Source: Candidatus Eiseniibacteriota bacterium
GTDB taxonomy: Bacteria; Eisenbacteria; RBG-16-71-46; CAZAMP01
DNA: 64,000 nucleotides
Reading direction: 5' to 3'
Assembly (NCBI GenBank): GCA_965224245.1
Contig: OZ245046.1
Location: 1,408,001-1,472,000, forward strand
Shown: positions 39,301 through 50,042 of the stretch, piece by piece
Layout: each line of letters opens with the position of its first letter
Numbering within the stretch: position 1 is the stretch's first letter
Program-made: the position numbers and the translations under genes
The notes under the pieces: model-generated
The model's input: the letters and a program-made list of their open reading frames with translations, nothing else
Told to the model about the DNA's origin: nothing
Databases searched by the model: none

Positions 39301-39522
39301 CGCGGAGATGTCTCGTACAGCCTGGGACGCCAGCGCTGGCTCGGAGATCCCCAGACCCGGTTCGGGGTGCGGGGCACGTGGCGGTCCCTCGATCGATACT
39401 CGCCGCGGTACTGCCCGGTCGAGATCCTGAATGCCGACGGCACCGTGGACTGCGATCCGCTCGGACCGGGCGAGCACGGCAACGAGTGGGAGATCCGGAC
39501 CTACGTCCACTTCGCGATGTAG
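36346..39522 (+). CDS. Clan GH-A (GH2/GH158-like) TIM-barrel hydrolase fused to a large beta-rich C-terminal domain
   Basis: GAGGAGG RBS, GTGA overlap; signal peptide; LLGNENNY and YTEFGAD catalytic Glu motifs; amphipathic strands ending WEIRTYVHFAM. Confidence 0.75.
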   Translation: MSAFGQDLSWPVLARRAGVALVIVAATTAGTFAAERAPMPEISISSGDAGEMLIVDGRPFMVFGMNWDYVPIGQNYAYSLWNEPDDVIEAALAREMPLLVDMGVNAIRQYAGVPPRWVQYIYERYGIFTVLNHTVARYGFTLDGVWVPAVDYSDPRLRDAVTTEVVDLVEAFRDTPGVLMWLLGNENNYGLSWTSFEIEALPEGERDAARARHLYSLFEEITRAIKARDTARPVAIANGDVQYIELIAEECPSLDVFGTNVYRGISSRDLFQVVHDRLGLPVLYTEFGADAFDAKRMREDQIMQARYLIGQWKEIYEQSRGKGRVGNAIGGLVFQWSDGWWKFRQEERLDVHDTNASWPNGGYVEDYVEGDNNMNEEWWGITAKGRPDASGLYPVYPRAAYYALQRCFRLEPYAPSTTLQRISDHFDAITPASAELEARGSRATLLATTTSRLRVSELRLELETFSTGGTRVSTPESEEEPATFPAFQGFDQLQSFYAGLEAQPAPNVLGRLTINVLGDVPTNPIDEIFYENRGRRRTLESDDTTFDLEGIERVKVYDAAVSWDERMFQLEGFYRSGHYHWGYEGDLFGLYREAYYGENIDIYNGEAPVGVVIAGKRSMSGLTLAFGQELWWGANPAILVKARRQLGDVDVTAMFHEDLAEQSGARTSSAVPLPETRKATLQLATSYRGLGIEVGGIWSGDTKVGDTFQIADELPDGGYRILQDEIYDEDTIGGKARLTYQRGRWNWYAQAAYMGLVADGGPTQTVTYTGWSLKDTGSGNQKNVVTGLAVNLGRFQVSPNFLYQTPIVGPIPGDVPSPGLPRNVLDDPFAVRANRETVGSELMITYDPTPATWMWQWDAVAREDARLAASLGFVHRHLPTTQDAAIGVLEDGSTTFAFSGAPPARDLWEIRARIISRLGAGTRLVANLFGGRGEPNGDDDRVVERVGGDARLAVGSVAVEVAAAFDDWGPYDYHRDFNLTFPVQLRGDVSYSLGRQRWLGDPQTRFGVRGTWRSLDRYSPRYCPVEILNADGTVDCDPLGPGEHGNEWEIRTYVHFAM

Positions 39523-39530
39523 CTCGGCGC

Positions 39531-40485
<955 letters not shown>

Positions 40486-40508
<23 letters not shown>

Positions 40509-41442
40509 GGGCGGTCCCGGTCACCACGGGCGTCGATCGGGTGGGTCGAGTGTCGGTGGCCTCGAGATGCCGGCGCCACGCCCGCTCCAGCTGGAGCCGC
40601 GGGTTCGTGATCTCGTCGAAGCCGGAGTTCAGCATCGTCAGCGCGAAGCCCACCAGTGCCACGCACAGGCCGGTCGGCGCGAACGTCCACCAGGCGCCGG
40701 TCAGGAGCGCCGAGTCGTTCTGTGCCCAGTACAGATTGGTTCCCCACGTGAAGGCCGAGACGTCACCGAGCCCGAGGTACTCCAGCCCGACCTGTGCCCC
40801 GATCGCATACACCGTGCTTCCGATGACCTGGGAGACCAGGAGCGACGTCATCGTGGGCAGGATCTCCCGGGTGACGATGCGCAGGCTGGACTCTCCCGCC
40901 ACGACGGCGGCACGCACGTAGTCGCGCTCTCTCTGGGAGAGCGTCTGCGCGCGGAGGACCCGTGCGTTCCACGCCCACCCCGTCACGACGAGAACGAGCC
41001 CCAGCGTGAGCGGACCCGACGGCAGGTAGGCGGCGATGACGATCGCCAGCGGGAGCCCCGGAATCACCAGGAACACGTTGAAGAGGAGCGAGAGCGCGCC
41101 GTCGATCCGGCCGCCGACGTACCCGGCGGTGACCCCGACCAGCGAGCCGACGAGCACGACGACGAGGCCCACGGAGAACCCCAGGACGAGGGAGACGCGC
41201 GTCCCGACGACGAGCTGGGCGAGGACGTCCTGGCCCTGGCCCGTGGTGCCGAGCCAGTGCTCGGTCGACGGTGGCTGTAGCGGGACGCCGACCAGCGCGT
41301 CGGGATCGCCGACCAGGAACGGTCCGAACACCGCGACGAGCACGAAGACGGCCAGGATCACGGCTCCCGCGGCGGCCTTGCGATCCGTGCGGATCGCTCG
41401 TGCCCAGGACAGGAGACCGGTGGGGTTCCGGGAGGCGCTCAT
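40486..41442 (-). CDS. ABC transporter permease (OppC/DppC-like)
   Basis: HWLGTTGQGQDV, EAA-like loop DYVRAAVVAGE, LEYLGLG. Confidence 0.92.
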
Positions 41443-42422
41443 GAGCCGCCGCCTCTCGTGCGGGGATCGAGCCAGAGATACACGAGATCCACGAGCCAGT
41501 TCGCGCCGAGCACCGCGAACGTGATCAGCAGGAAGATGCCCTGCATCAGTGGGTAGTCCTGACTCCGGACCGCCTGGACCAGGAGGTAGCCCTGTCCCGG
41601 ATACGAGAACACGATCTCGGTCAGGAGCGACCCGCCGAGCACGAACCCGAGCGCCATGCCGAAGCCCGTGACGCTGGGCAGGAGCGCGTTCCGCGCGGCG
41701 TACCGGACGACGACGCGCGTCGGCGACAGGCCCTTGGCCCACGCGAGGCTCACGTAGTCCGAGCCGAGCACCGAGATCATGTTGTTGCGCATCGACAGGA
41801 GCCAGCCACCCAGCGTGGCCAGGACCACGGTGCCGACCGGGAGGGCCGCGTGGCGGGCGACGTCCATCGCGAAGGCGAGCGAGACACGGGGGGTTTCGTC
41901 GCTCCCGTAGGCGTGCCCGAGGGGAAACCAGCCGAGCACGAAGCCCAGCAGGTACAAGGCGACCATGGCCAGCCAGAAATACGGGAACGCGCCGATGAAC
42001 ACCAGGGTGGATGGCAGCCACGTGTCCACCCATCCCCGCCGCCACCATGCGGCGACGATGCCGAGGGCGGTCCCCACGGCGAAGCTGATCACGACCGACG
42101 TGCCGGCCAGGAAGATCGTCCATGCGAGCCCGGTCCCGATGACGTCGGAGACGGGTGATGGGAAGTACGCGACCGAGATTCCGAGATCGCCGGCCAGGAC
42201 GTGGCGAACGTACGTCACGTACTGGCTCCACAGCGGCGCCTCGGTGAGACCGAACGTCTCTCGAAGTGCGTCCAGCGCTTCGGGTCCCAGTCGACCCTTG
42301 AAGCGGGCGAAGAGAGCGGTCGCCGGATCGCCCGGCATCAGCCGCGGCAAGAAGAAGTTGATCGTCAGCGCGACCCAGCCCGCGATCAGGTAGAAGCCCA
42401 GCCGCCCCGCGATGTAACGCAC
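41439..42422 (-). CDS. ABC transporter permease (OppB/DppB-like)
   Basis: PRLMPGDP, GDLGIS, DYVSLAWAKGL, EIVFSYPG, DYPLMQG. Confidence 0.95.
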   Translation of the reverse strand: MRYIAGRLGFYLIAGWVALTINFFLPRLMPGDPATALFARFKGRLGPEALDALRETFGLTEAPLWSQYVTYVRHVLAGDLGISVAYFPSPVSDVIGTGLAWTIFLAGTSVVISFAVGTALGIVAAWWRRGWVDTWLPSTLVFIGAFPYFWLAMVALYLLGFVLGWFPLGHAYGSDETPRVSLAFAMDVARHAALPVGTVVLATLGGWLLSMRNNMISVLGSDYVSLAWAKGLSPTRVVVRYAARNALLPSVTGFGMALGFVLGGSLLTEIVFSYPGQGYLLVQAVRSQDYPLMQGIFLLITFAVLGANWLVDLVYLWLDPRTRGGGS

Positions 42423-42431
42423 CCTCGACTC

Positions 42432-44129
42432 CTAACGTGGACGGACGGCGGTCAGGACCAGCAGCACCTCACCCCGGTCGATCTTGTTCGGTGACGGGTC
42501 CGCGTAGGGATCGTCCGCGGTCGGGAATCCCCGGAACCGTCCGACGTTGTACTCCGCCCAGGACGGGTTCGGATAGAGCGGAATGGCCGGTGCCTCGGTC
42601 GCGAACGTGCGCTGGAGCTCGACGCCCAGCCGCCGCTGCTCCAGCGGGTCCGTCGCGGTCTCGAACTCGGCCAGGACCGCGTCCGCGGCCGGGCTTCCGA
42701 ACCGATGCCAGTTCGCGCCCGAGACCTCGCCGAGCGGCTTCACGGTCTCCGAACCCATCAGGCAGCGGTAGAAGGGATAGGGTGTGGCGCCCTCGACGGA
42801 CCAGCCCACCGAGAGGTCGAAGTCCCCCTCCTGCACGCGCTGGAACCACGCCGCAAAGTCGTACGAGCGGACGGACGCCGCGATCCCGATCTCGCCCAGC
42901 CCCCTTGCGATCACCTGGCAGGCGCGCACCCAGTCGGACCATCCGGCGACGGTGAGAATGTCGTAGCGCATCGGAGCGCCGCCGGGAAGCGTGCGTATCC
43001 CGTCGGCACCGCGGGCGAGGCCGGCCGCGTCCAGGAGCGCGTTGGCCCGATCGACGTCGAACAGCACCCAGTCGTTCTCGGCCACGACGTCGCCGCTTCG
43101 CCAGGAGGCGTAGGCGTCGCTCAGTCCCGTGACGTCTGCGGGCCGCGAGTAGCGGTGGCAGGCCACGTCCACGAGCAGCTCCCGGTCGATCGACAGACTG
43201 AGCGCCCTGCGAACGCCGGCGTCCGCAAACGGATCACGCATCGTGTTCGCGTAGAGAAAGACCGTGCTGCCGGTCAGCGGAAACCAGTACCGGTGGTGCT
43301 CAGGATCTCGTCCCACGTACACGCGATCGACCGCGGGGATGAAGTTGCCCGCCCAGTCGACCTCGTCGAACACGAGCGCGAGGTTGGCCCGGTCGTTCCC
43401 CGGATAGGCCGGGAAGCGAAGCGCGTCGATGTGCGGCCGATCCGGCTGCCAGTAGTGCGGGTTCCGGCCCAGCTCGAACACCTGTGACCGGAAGAACCGG
43501 ACCTCGGTGAACGGCCCGGTCGCCACCGGGTGCTCGTTCAGGAACGACACCGGCTCGTCGACGTCGCGCCACACGTGCTCGGGCACGATGGGCTGCGCCG
43601 CGATCTCGTCGAACCCGGGGACGAAGACGCGCCGGAACCGGAAGTCGATCGTTCGCGGGCCGACCTGCTCGACGTCGTCCAGGAACTGCCACACCCGCCG
43701 CCGATCCAGCGCGGGGTGGGCTCGCATCAGCTCGAACGTGTACACGACGTCTCGGGCCGTGAACGGGCGCCCGTCCGACCAGAGCACCGAATCGCGGAGC
43801 GCGACCCGGAGCGTCGCGTTGCCGTCGCGCCACTCGCGCGACAGCGCCAGCCAGGGGACGTGGCGGGCCTGGATGCTGTTGAACACGAACAGGGGCTCGT
43901 AGATGCCCGCCGTCGTCGGCCACCGCGCGGTGCTCGCCGTGGTCAGGGGGTTGAAGTTGCGGATCCACGACGCCGTCTGCTCCTGCGAGACGACGAGGAC
44001 GCCGTCGGGCAGCACGGGACGCTCCCGGACGCACGCGGTGGCCAGGAGCACGGTGCCGAGCGCGAGCGTCGCCCCGACGGCCCGCGAGGGGAACCGGGGA
44101 CCGGTGCACGGCATCCGTCCGACCGTCAT
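42432..44129 (-). CDS. ABC substrate-binding lipoprotein, family 5 (oligosaccharide-binding)
   Basis: Lipobox LATAC; RNFNP, IYEPL, WSDGRPFTARDVVYTF, GWSDW. Confidence 0.9.
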   Translation of the reverse strand: MTVGRMPCTGPRFPSRAVGATLALGTVLLATACVRERPVLPDGVLVVSQEQTASWIRNFNPLTTASTARWPTTAGIYEPLFVFNSIQARHVPWLALSREWRDGNATLRVALRDSVLWSDGRPFTARDVVYTFELMRAHPALDRRRVWQFLDDVEQVGPRTIDFRFRRVFVPGFDEIAAQPIVPEHVWRDVDEPVSFLNEHPVATGPFTEVRFFRSQVFELGRNPHYWQPDRPHIDALRFPAYPGNDRANLALVFDEVDWAGNFIPAVDRVYVGRDPEHHRYWFPLTGSTVFLYANTMRDPFADAGVRRALSLSIDRELLVDVACHRYSRPADVTGLSDAYASWRSGDVVAENDWVLFDVDRANALLDAAGLARGADGIRTLPGGAPMRYDILTVAGWSDWVRACQVIARGLGEIGIAASVRSYDFAAWFQRVQEGDFDLSVGWSVEGATPYPFYRCLMGSETVKPLGEVSGANWHRFGSPAADAVLAEFETATDPLEQRRLGVELQRTFATEAPAIPLYPNPSWAEYNVGRFRGFPTADDPYADPSPNKIDRGEVLLVLTAVRPR

Positions 44130-44953
44130 CGACTTCCTCGGTAGACGCGCACCCAGTCCACCAGCATCGTCTGCGGGAACGCCGTCGTCTCGTCCGGCGG
44201 CCCGACGAAGTGACCGCCGACCGCCACGTTCAGGATGATGAAGAACGGGTGATCGAACACCCAGCGTCCCCGATCCGCGATCGAGCGCGGGGTCAGCGTC
44301 TGGTAGCGCACGCCGTCCACCGTCCACGTGATCCGGTCCGCAGTCCACTCCACTCCGAAGACGTGAAACCCGGCGCCGAAGTCCCCGGCCGGCAGCGTGT
44401 ACCGCGCGGTCACGGCGCTGCCGCCGGAGTAGCCCGGCCCGTGAACGCTCCCCAGCACCAGGTTCGGCTCTTGCCCCCGGTACTCCATGATGTCGATCTC
44501 GCCGCAGTCCGGCCAGCCGGTGGTGGGGAAGTCGGCTCCGAGGAGCCAGAACGCCGGCCAGATGCCCCGTCCCACCGGGAGGCGGATCCGTGCCTCGAAG
44601 CGACCCTCCTCCTGCTCGAACAGGCCGAACGTCGTCAGCCGCGCAGACGTGTAGTCGCGTCCGCCGTAGCGCTCCTCCCTGGCCACGATCGCCAGATGGC
44701 CGGCCCCGTCGAGGGACGCGTTCTCGGGTCGGTCGGTGTCGTACTCCAGCTGCTGGTTGCCCCAGTCGGTGCCGACGTCGAACGTCCATCGCGACGTGTC
44801 GGGGAGCTCGCCGGCGGGTCCATCGAACTCGTCCTGCCACGACAGCTCCCAGGTGAACGCGTCCTCCCCGCAGGACGCGCCGACGAGCACGCTCCACGCG
44901 AGCGCGGCCAGCAGGATGCGTGCGACCGGAGGTGACGAGGTCGGGCCGCTCAC
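44126..44953 (-). CDS. GH16 endo-beta-1,3-glucanase, lipoprotein
   Basis: Lipobox-like VGASC; WQDEF, GIWPAFWLL, GEIDIME, DWVRVY. Confidence 0.92.
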   Translation of the reverse strand: MSGPTSSPPVARILLAALAWSVLVGASCGEDAFTWELSWQDEFDGPAGELPDTSRWTFDVGTDWGNQQLEYDTDRPENASLDGAGHLAIVAREERYGGRDYTSARLTTFGLFEQEEGRFEARIRLPVGRGIWPAFWLLGADFPTTGWPDCGEIDIMEYRGQEPNLVLGSVHGPGYSGGSAVTARYTLPAGDFGAGFHVFGVEWTADRITWTVDGVRYQTLTPRSIADRGRWVFDHPFFIILNVAVGGHFVGPPDETTAFPQTMLVDWVRVYRGSR

Positions 44954-46227
44954 TGGGGCCTCGGACGCGCCGCATCGGCGGGAAACAGACGGGAGTCGCC
45001 GAGGGCGGCCTTCAGCACCAGCGTCGACGCGCCGATCGCGATCGTGCGCGGGCCGAGCTCGCTGGTGCAGATGTCGGTCGCGTCGATGGAGCTCAGGAGC
45101 GTGCGATGCCGAAGCGTCTCGCGCAGCGGGGCGAGCAGTCGTTCTCCGAGCCGCGAGAAGCCGCCGCCGATGATGACCCTGGCGGGGTTCATGAGGTTCA
45201 ACATACCGGCCAGCGCGACGCCGAGGTGTTCGGCCGCCTCGTTGACGACCTGCGTGGCCAGCTCGTCTCCCTGCAGTGCGGCGTTCTCGATCTGGGCCAC
45301 GGTCTGTGTTCCCGCCGCGACGGTGCTGTCGGGGTACTCGCCGGCGAGCGCACGGGCTCGGGCGACCAGGGCGTCGGCGCCCACGAACGTGGCCAGGCAG
45401 CCCCGGAGGCCGCACAGGCACGGGCCCCCGTTGGGATCGATCGCCATGTGACCGATCTCACCCGCGACCCCGGTCGCGCCGCGGTAGATCTCGCCCGCGA
45501 CGACGTGTCCGGAACCGACGCCGGTGGCCACTTTGACGTACGCGAAGTCCCGCAGCCCCTTGCCGGCCCCCCACCATTGCTCGGCCAGCGCGCCGAGGTT
45601 TGCGTCGTTGTCGATCAGGATCGGAACCTCGAAACGGCCGAGCACCTCTCGCACGCCGCTTCGCCCGTGCCACGCCGGCAGTACCGTCTCCGAGAGGTGG
45701 TCCGGATCGGCGGGATCGTGGGGGCTGGGAACGGCGACTCCGATGCCGAGGAGCGGTGGTGCATCAGCGGGTCGTGCCGCAAGACACTCGTTGCACAGCG
45801 CGACCATGACCGCGCGCGTGCCGTCGGGGTCCTCACGGACCTCGTGAGCGCGCTGTCGCCACGCGAGGACGCGTCCCCGCAGGTCGGTGAGGGCGACGGC
45901 CACGTGAGCGGCGCCCATCTCCACGCCGAGGATGCAGCAGGCGTCGTCGCGGAACTCGAGCACGATCGGACGCCGTCCGCCGCGGGAGCGACCCAGCCCG
46001 ACCTCGTACACGAGCCCGGTCGGGATCAGCGTGCTGACGATCTCCGAGATCGTCGATCTGGCCAGCCGGGTCTCGCGAGCCAGATCGGCGCGCGAGATGC
46101 GCCTCGCCTCCCAGATCAGGCCGAGCACGGTGTCGGTCAGCGGACGTGCGCGGGCGGGACTGGTGGCGCCGGAGTCACCGGACGGTGGGGCGTCGACCGG
46201 CGTCGAGCTCTCCTTGTCCACGTGCAT
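44950..46227 (-). CDS. ROK-family transcriptional repressor
   Basis: N-terminal HTH ISRADLARETRLARSTISEIV, GGRRP; NDANLGALAE; GEIGH; CLCGLRGC. Confidence 0.95.
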   Translation of the reverse strand: MHVDKESSTPVDAPPSGDSGATSPARARPLTDTVLGLIWEARRISRADLARETRLARSTISEIVSTLIPTGLVYEVGLGRSRGGRRPIVLEFRDDACCILGVEMGAAHVAVALTDLRGRVLAWRQRAHEVREDPDGTRAVMVALCNECLAARPADAPPLLGIGVAVPSPHDPADPDHLSETVLPAWHGRSGVREVLGRFEVPILIDNDANLGALAEQWWGAGKGLRDFAYVKVATGVGSGHVVAGEIYRGATGVAGEIGHMAIDPNGGPCLCGLRGCLATFVGADALVARARALAGEYPDSTVAAGTQTVAQIENAALQGDELATQVVNEAAEHLGVALAGMLNLMNPARVIIGGGFSRLGERLLAPLRETLRHRTLLSSIDATDICTSELGPRTIAIGASTLVLKAALGDSRLFPADAARPRPQ

Positions 46228-46251
46228 CTCCCGGGGTGGGTCGCCGGCCCT

Positions 46252-47658
46252 TCAGCGGTCCGAACGGAAGTAGAGGTTGTCGACGAACGCGACCGGCGTC
46301 GTCGTGCTGCCCTTGAGGATCATCTGCGCCAGGTGCTCGGTGCTCGCGAGGGACGCGAACGCGCTCAGCGGCACGTCCAGGCCGACCCATTCGCCGGTGG
46401 TGAGCGGCGGGTCGGAACTCGCGGTGAAGATGAGCTCTGCTTCGGTGTCGTCGCCGCTCTCGTCGAACACGCCGTTGGCACCGAAGTCGACCAGCTTGAT
46501 CAGAAGCCCGGTTCCCACCGGAAGGAACACGTCGACGTGGAGGTGCGTCATGTCCGACGCGTCGATCGTCGGCGCGTCGAACACGATGGCGGCGAAGCCG
46601 GGCGCCGCGATGTTCGAGTACGCCTTCACGTCGTCACCCGCGATGCGCACGTCCTCGACGGTGGCCGTCTCGGTCGCCCAGTCGGTCGAGAACGTGGTGA
46701 CCGGCACCGACGGGTACGCGTTGCTGAACAGCGAGATGACCGAGCCGCTGGGGGCGGTGGGCGCCGGAGCCGGGGCCGTCGGACCCTGGAGGTTGACGAG
46801 CGTCAGCGCACCCGTCGCGGGAATGTCACCCAGGCGCGCGGTGATGACCGCATCCCCCGGTCCGACGAGTCGGACGCGATCCCCGGAGATCGTGGCCACG
46901 CGCTCGTTGGACGAGGTGAACGTGAAGTAGCCGGGCTCGTGCCCGATGATCCGGTCGACGCCGTCGATCGAGAACGTCGTCGTGGTCCCCTCGACGGTCA
47001 GCGTACTCCCGACGAAGGTGGTGCGTGACTCCTCGGGCATCGCGGGGCGCGGGTCGGTGATCGTGCTCGACGTCACGAACCGGATCTCGTCGAACCAGAT
47101 CCGGTGCCCGCTCCCGTCGGGAGCCTCGAAGCCCTCGCCAAACCAGAAGAGCCCGCGCTCGTCGACGAGCTTCGCCGGCAGCGGAATGGGAATGACCACC
47201 TTCTGCCAGCTCGTGGTCAGCGGGATGTTCAGGCGGGCAACGCCGAAGCGAGAGGTTCCGGTGTTGTCGTTGCCCAGGCCGGCGGCGTTCAGCGTGCTCG
47301 GAACGCTCGACCTCGCGTAGAACGTGAGCGCGTTGTATCCGGTCAGGTTGCGGGCGTAGGTGGTGGTCATCGCCCCGCCGGCGAACAGGTTCTCGGTGGT
47401 GCCCGGCGGCTGCTCGGGGGGCACCACGACCTCCAGAGACGAGGTCCCGGCGAAGCGATCGCTCGAGACGACGTCGACCGCGTCGTACTTCGAGCCCAGG
47501 AAGGCCTCGAAGGTGACGGCCTCCCCGAACTCGTCGTCGAACACGATCGGATCGACGTTCGGCGGGGCTGGCTTCAACGTGTCCAGGTCTCGTCCGCTGC
47601 AGCCGAGGGCGAGAGCCGCCAGGGCCGGGACGAGGGCGAGAGCCGTCGAGCGTCTCAT
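46252..47658 (-). CDS. Lipoprotein with carbohydrate-binding-like and Ig-like domains
   Basis: Lipobox ALGC; FTSSNERVATI (Big_2-like); APAP linker, VISLFSNAY, MTHLHVDV, FVDNLYF. Confidence 0.75.
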   Translation of the reverse strand: MRRSTALALVPALAALALGCSGRDLDTLKPAPPNVDPIVFDDEFGEAVTFEAFLGSKYDAVDVVSSDRFAGTSSLEVVVPPEQPPGTTENLFAGGAMTTTYARNLTGYNALTFYARSSVPSTLNAAGLGNDNTGTSRFGVARLNIPLTTSWQKVVIPIPLPAKLVDERGLFWFGEGFEAPDGSGHRIWFDEIRFVTSSTITDPRPAMPEESRTTFVGSTLTVEGTTTTFSIDGVDRIIGHEPGYFTFTSSNERVATISGDRVRLVGPGDAVITARLGDIPATGALTLVNLQGPTAPAPAPTAPSGSVISLFSNAYPSVPVTTFSTDWATETATVEDVRIAGDDVKAYSNIAAPGFAAIVFDAPTIDASDMTHLHVDVFLPVGTGLLIKLVDFGANGVFDESGDDTEAELIFTASSDPPLTTGEWVGLDVPLSAFASLASTEHLAQMILKGSTTTPVAFVDNLYFRSDR

Positions 47659-47720
47659 GGGTCGGACTCCCCTCCACGTGGCCAGGGGGCGGATCGGACA
47701 TCGGGGGCGAGCGCCCCGGG

Positions 47721-47772
47721 ACTTTGTTCGGTTCACGATCAAACTATGCGAGGTGGACGTGGCGGCTGTCAA
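47721..47772 (-). promoter_or_regulatory. Promoter with third copy of 23-bp operator
   Basis: Minus strand TTGACA-N18-CATAGT overlapping TTTGATCG-N5-CGAACAAAGT (47721-47743). Confidence 0.75.
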
Positions 47773-47877
47773 GACGTGACTCCGGAGTCGAGGACCCGTC
47801 CGTGCTCCGGGGGCTGGGGTGCGCCTCGAAGCAGGGGCTTCCGCGGTGGCATCGGGTCGAGTAACGTCGTCGTCATC

Positions 47878-48111
47878 ATGAGCCTACGCAACGAACGCCG
47901 CGTCTCGAGCGCGATCCTGGCGATGGTCCACGCGCTCCTGGCCGCCGCGCTGGTGGCGATGATGGCGAGCTACTGGCGGTACGTGTCCCCCGAGACGCGC
48001 GAGGCGCTCCCCCCATGGCTCGAGATCGGCTTCCCCGTTGCAATCTGCATCGGTGCTCTGCACTTCCTCCGCCGCTCGCTCCAGGCCTGGCGCCGGTTTC
48101 GGAACCCGTAA
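47878..48111 (+). CDS. Small two-TM membrane protein
   Basis: 77 aa with two hydrophobic helices. Confidence 0.55.
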   Translation: MSLRNERRVSSAILAMVHALLAAALVAMMASYWRYVSPETREALPPWLEIGFPVAICIGALHFLRRSLQAWRRFRNP

Positions 48112-48223
48112 GTCGTTGTCCCTAATGTCGCGGGGATCCAGCCCACCGTGATGGCACGGTGCGTGCTCAACCATGCGGGACGCATTCCAACCGGACGACG
48201 GCGCTGCATCACGGGAGAAGGAC

Positions 48224-49171
48224 ATGTCCGACCAGTCGCGCACGGTGTTGCTGAGCCACGTGGCCCGCAGGCTCCTGGTTTCGGCGACGCGGCGGGCGCG
48301 CGCACCGATCTACTTGGATCTGGCCCGGGAACTGGTCGGAACAGGCGACGCGATCGCCCTCTGGAGACGCCGCGACGGCGCACACCGGGTCTCCATCGCC
48401 GGCGACCGCGTGAAGCGCGAGACGTTTGCTCCGCGAACCGATGCCTACGACGCCATTCAGCTGATCGAACAGCTCGCCGAGGGGGAGCAGTCGTTCGCGC
48501 GGCACGACCTGACGTGGTTGCCGGCGGATCGCGATCGGCCGGTCCGGCTCGTGCTGCCGGAGGGGCGGGCGCTGGGGGCGCTCCGACTGCTCGTCCCCTG
48601 CGGAGAGAGGGCCGGGTTCAGCGAGCTGTACGCCATCCTGCGGGCCCTCCGGCCACACTGGATCAAGTCGCGCCGGCTCCGGCGAGAGGCGGCGATCGAC
48701 CATCTGACCGGGGTCTTCAACTACGGTCACCTCCGACGCTACCTGAAACGGCTCTGCACGACGTCGACGACCCCGTTCTCGGTCATCATGCTGGATCTGG
48801 ACCACCTCCGGGACTACAACGCACGCTTCGGTCACCTGATGGGAAGCCAGGTGCTCGCGCAGCTCGGCGGCATCCTGAAGAAGACGCTCCGGAACGGGGA
48901 CTTCGTGGCCAAGTACGGCGGCGACGAGTTCGTCGTGATCCTCCGGGGCGCGTCGCGCTCGGACGCCGCGGACGTGGCGCTCCGGGTCAAGAACGCCGTG
49001 TGCCGGGCGAGCTTCTTCGGCGTGAGCCAGGGCTTCATCACGTGCTCGTTCGGAGTGGCCAGCTTCGACGAGGACGGTGACACGTTCGAGACGATCCTGC
49101 GCTCGGCCAACGAGGCGATCTTCGAGGCCAAGAACCGGGGTCGCAACACGATCGTCGTGGCCGGTCGGTAG
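48224..49171 (+). CDS. Diguanylate cyclase (GGDEF)
   Basis: DHLTGVFN, DLDH, RNGD I-site five residues before GGDEF, AKNRGRN; alternative start 48173. Confidence 0.92.
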   Translation: MSDQSRTVLLSHVARRLLVSATRRARAPIYLDLARELVGTGDAIALWRRRDGAHRVSIAGDRVKRETFAPRTDAYDAIQLIEQLAEGEQSFARHDLTWLPADRDRPVRLVLPEGRALGALRLLVPCGERAGFSELYAILRALRPHWIKSRRLRREAAIDHLTGVFNYGHLRRYLKRLCTTSTTPFSVIMLDLDHLRDYNARFGHLMGSQVLAQLGGILKKTLRNGDFVAKYGGDEFVVILRGASRSDAADVALRVKNAVCRASFFGVSQGFITCSFGVASFDEDGDTFETILRSANEAIFEAKNRGRNTIVVAGR

Positions 49172-49275
49172 GCGCGGCTTCTCGGGTCCGACGCCGTCGG
49201 GTACGATGCGCGAGAACGCCGATCGTCCCGGCCACGGCGGCCGGGCAGCCTCGCACCCGGCCACGAACGGGGGTT

Positions 49276-49944
49276 GTGTTGACGGGCGACGTGAAGGCCC
49301 TCGTTGTCTCTTACGTGTACGTGTTCGCGATCATTGCGGTGGCCGAGCTCGTGCGACACCGATTGCGGCTGCCGGTGGACTTCACGCGCAAGGTCGTGCA
49401 CGTGGGCGTCGGGATCTGGGTCGTACCCACGCTTCTCCTGTTCACGGACTGGCGCTGGGCGATCGTGCCGCCGGCCACGTTCGTGGTCCTGAACCTCCTC
49501 TCGTACCGGTTCCGGCTGGTCGGGTCGATGGAGGAGGAGGGCACGGGCAATCTGGGAACCATCCTGTTTCCCATCGCGTTCATGGTTTTGATCGTCGTGT
49601 TTTGGCCACGCGGACGGCCGGACGTGGTCGCCGGCGGAATCCTGGTCCTCGCTCTCGGCGACGCCGCCGCGGCCATCGTCGGACGCCGGCTCGGACGGCA
49701 CCGGTACCGCGTGGGGTCCGCAGAACGCTCGATCGAGGGATCGGCGGCGATGGCGGTTTTCAGCTGGCTGGGGCTCCTGGCGGCCACCACGGTCTTCCCG
49801 GTCTCGGTCGCGCCGGGCGCGCTGGTGGCGGTGGCGCTGATCGCCACGGCCCTGGAGGCCGTCTCGGTGTATGGTTTCGACAACATTCTCGTGCCGGCCG
49901 GGACGGCGTTTGCGCTGTACGGGCTGGCGGGCCCGCCGATCTAA
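49276..49944 (+). CDS. Phytol/dolichol/diacylglycerol kinase-like membrane protein (CTP-dependent)
   Basis: TRKVVH, LGDAAAAIVGRRLG, SIEGS, DN motifs. Confidence 0.85.
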   Translation: MLTGDVKALVVSYVYVFAIIAVAELVRHRLRLPVDFTRKVVHVGVGIWVVPTLLLFTDWRWAIVPPATFVVLNLLSYRFRLVGSMEEEGTGNLGTILFPIAFMVLIVVFWPRGRPDVVAGGILVLALGDAAAAIVGRRLGRHRYRVGSAERSIEGSAAMAVFSWLGLLAATTVFPVSVAPGALVAVALIATALEAVSVYGFDNILVPAGTAFALYGLAGPPI

Positions 49945-50042
49945 GATAGAGTGCGAGCCCCGGCCGGTCGGTCCGGTGGCCCACCGTCGGATCCGCCGAG
50001 CCCTTTGCCGGTCACTCGACCCACACGACGGGAGTAGTCGCA

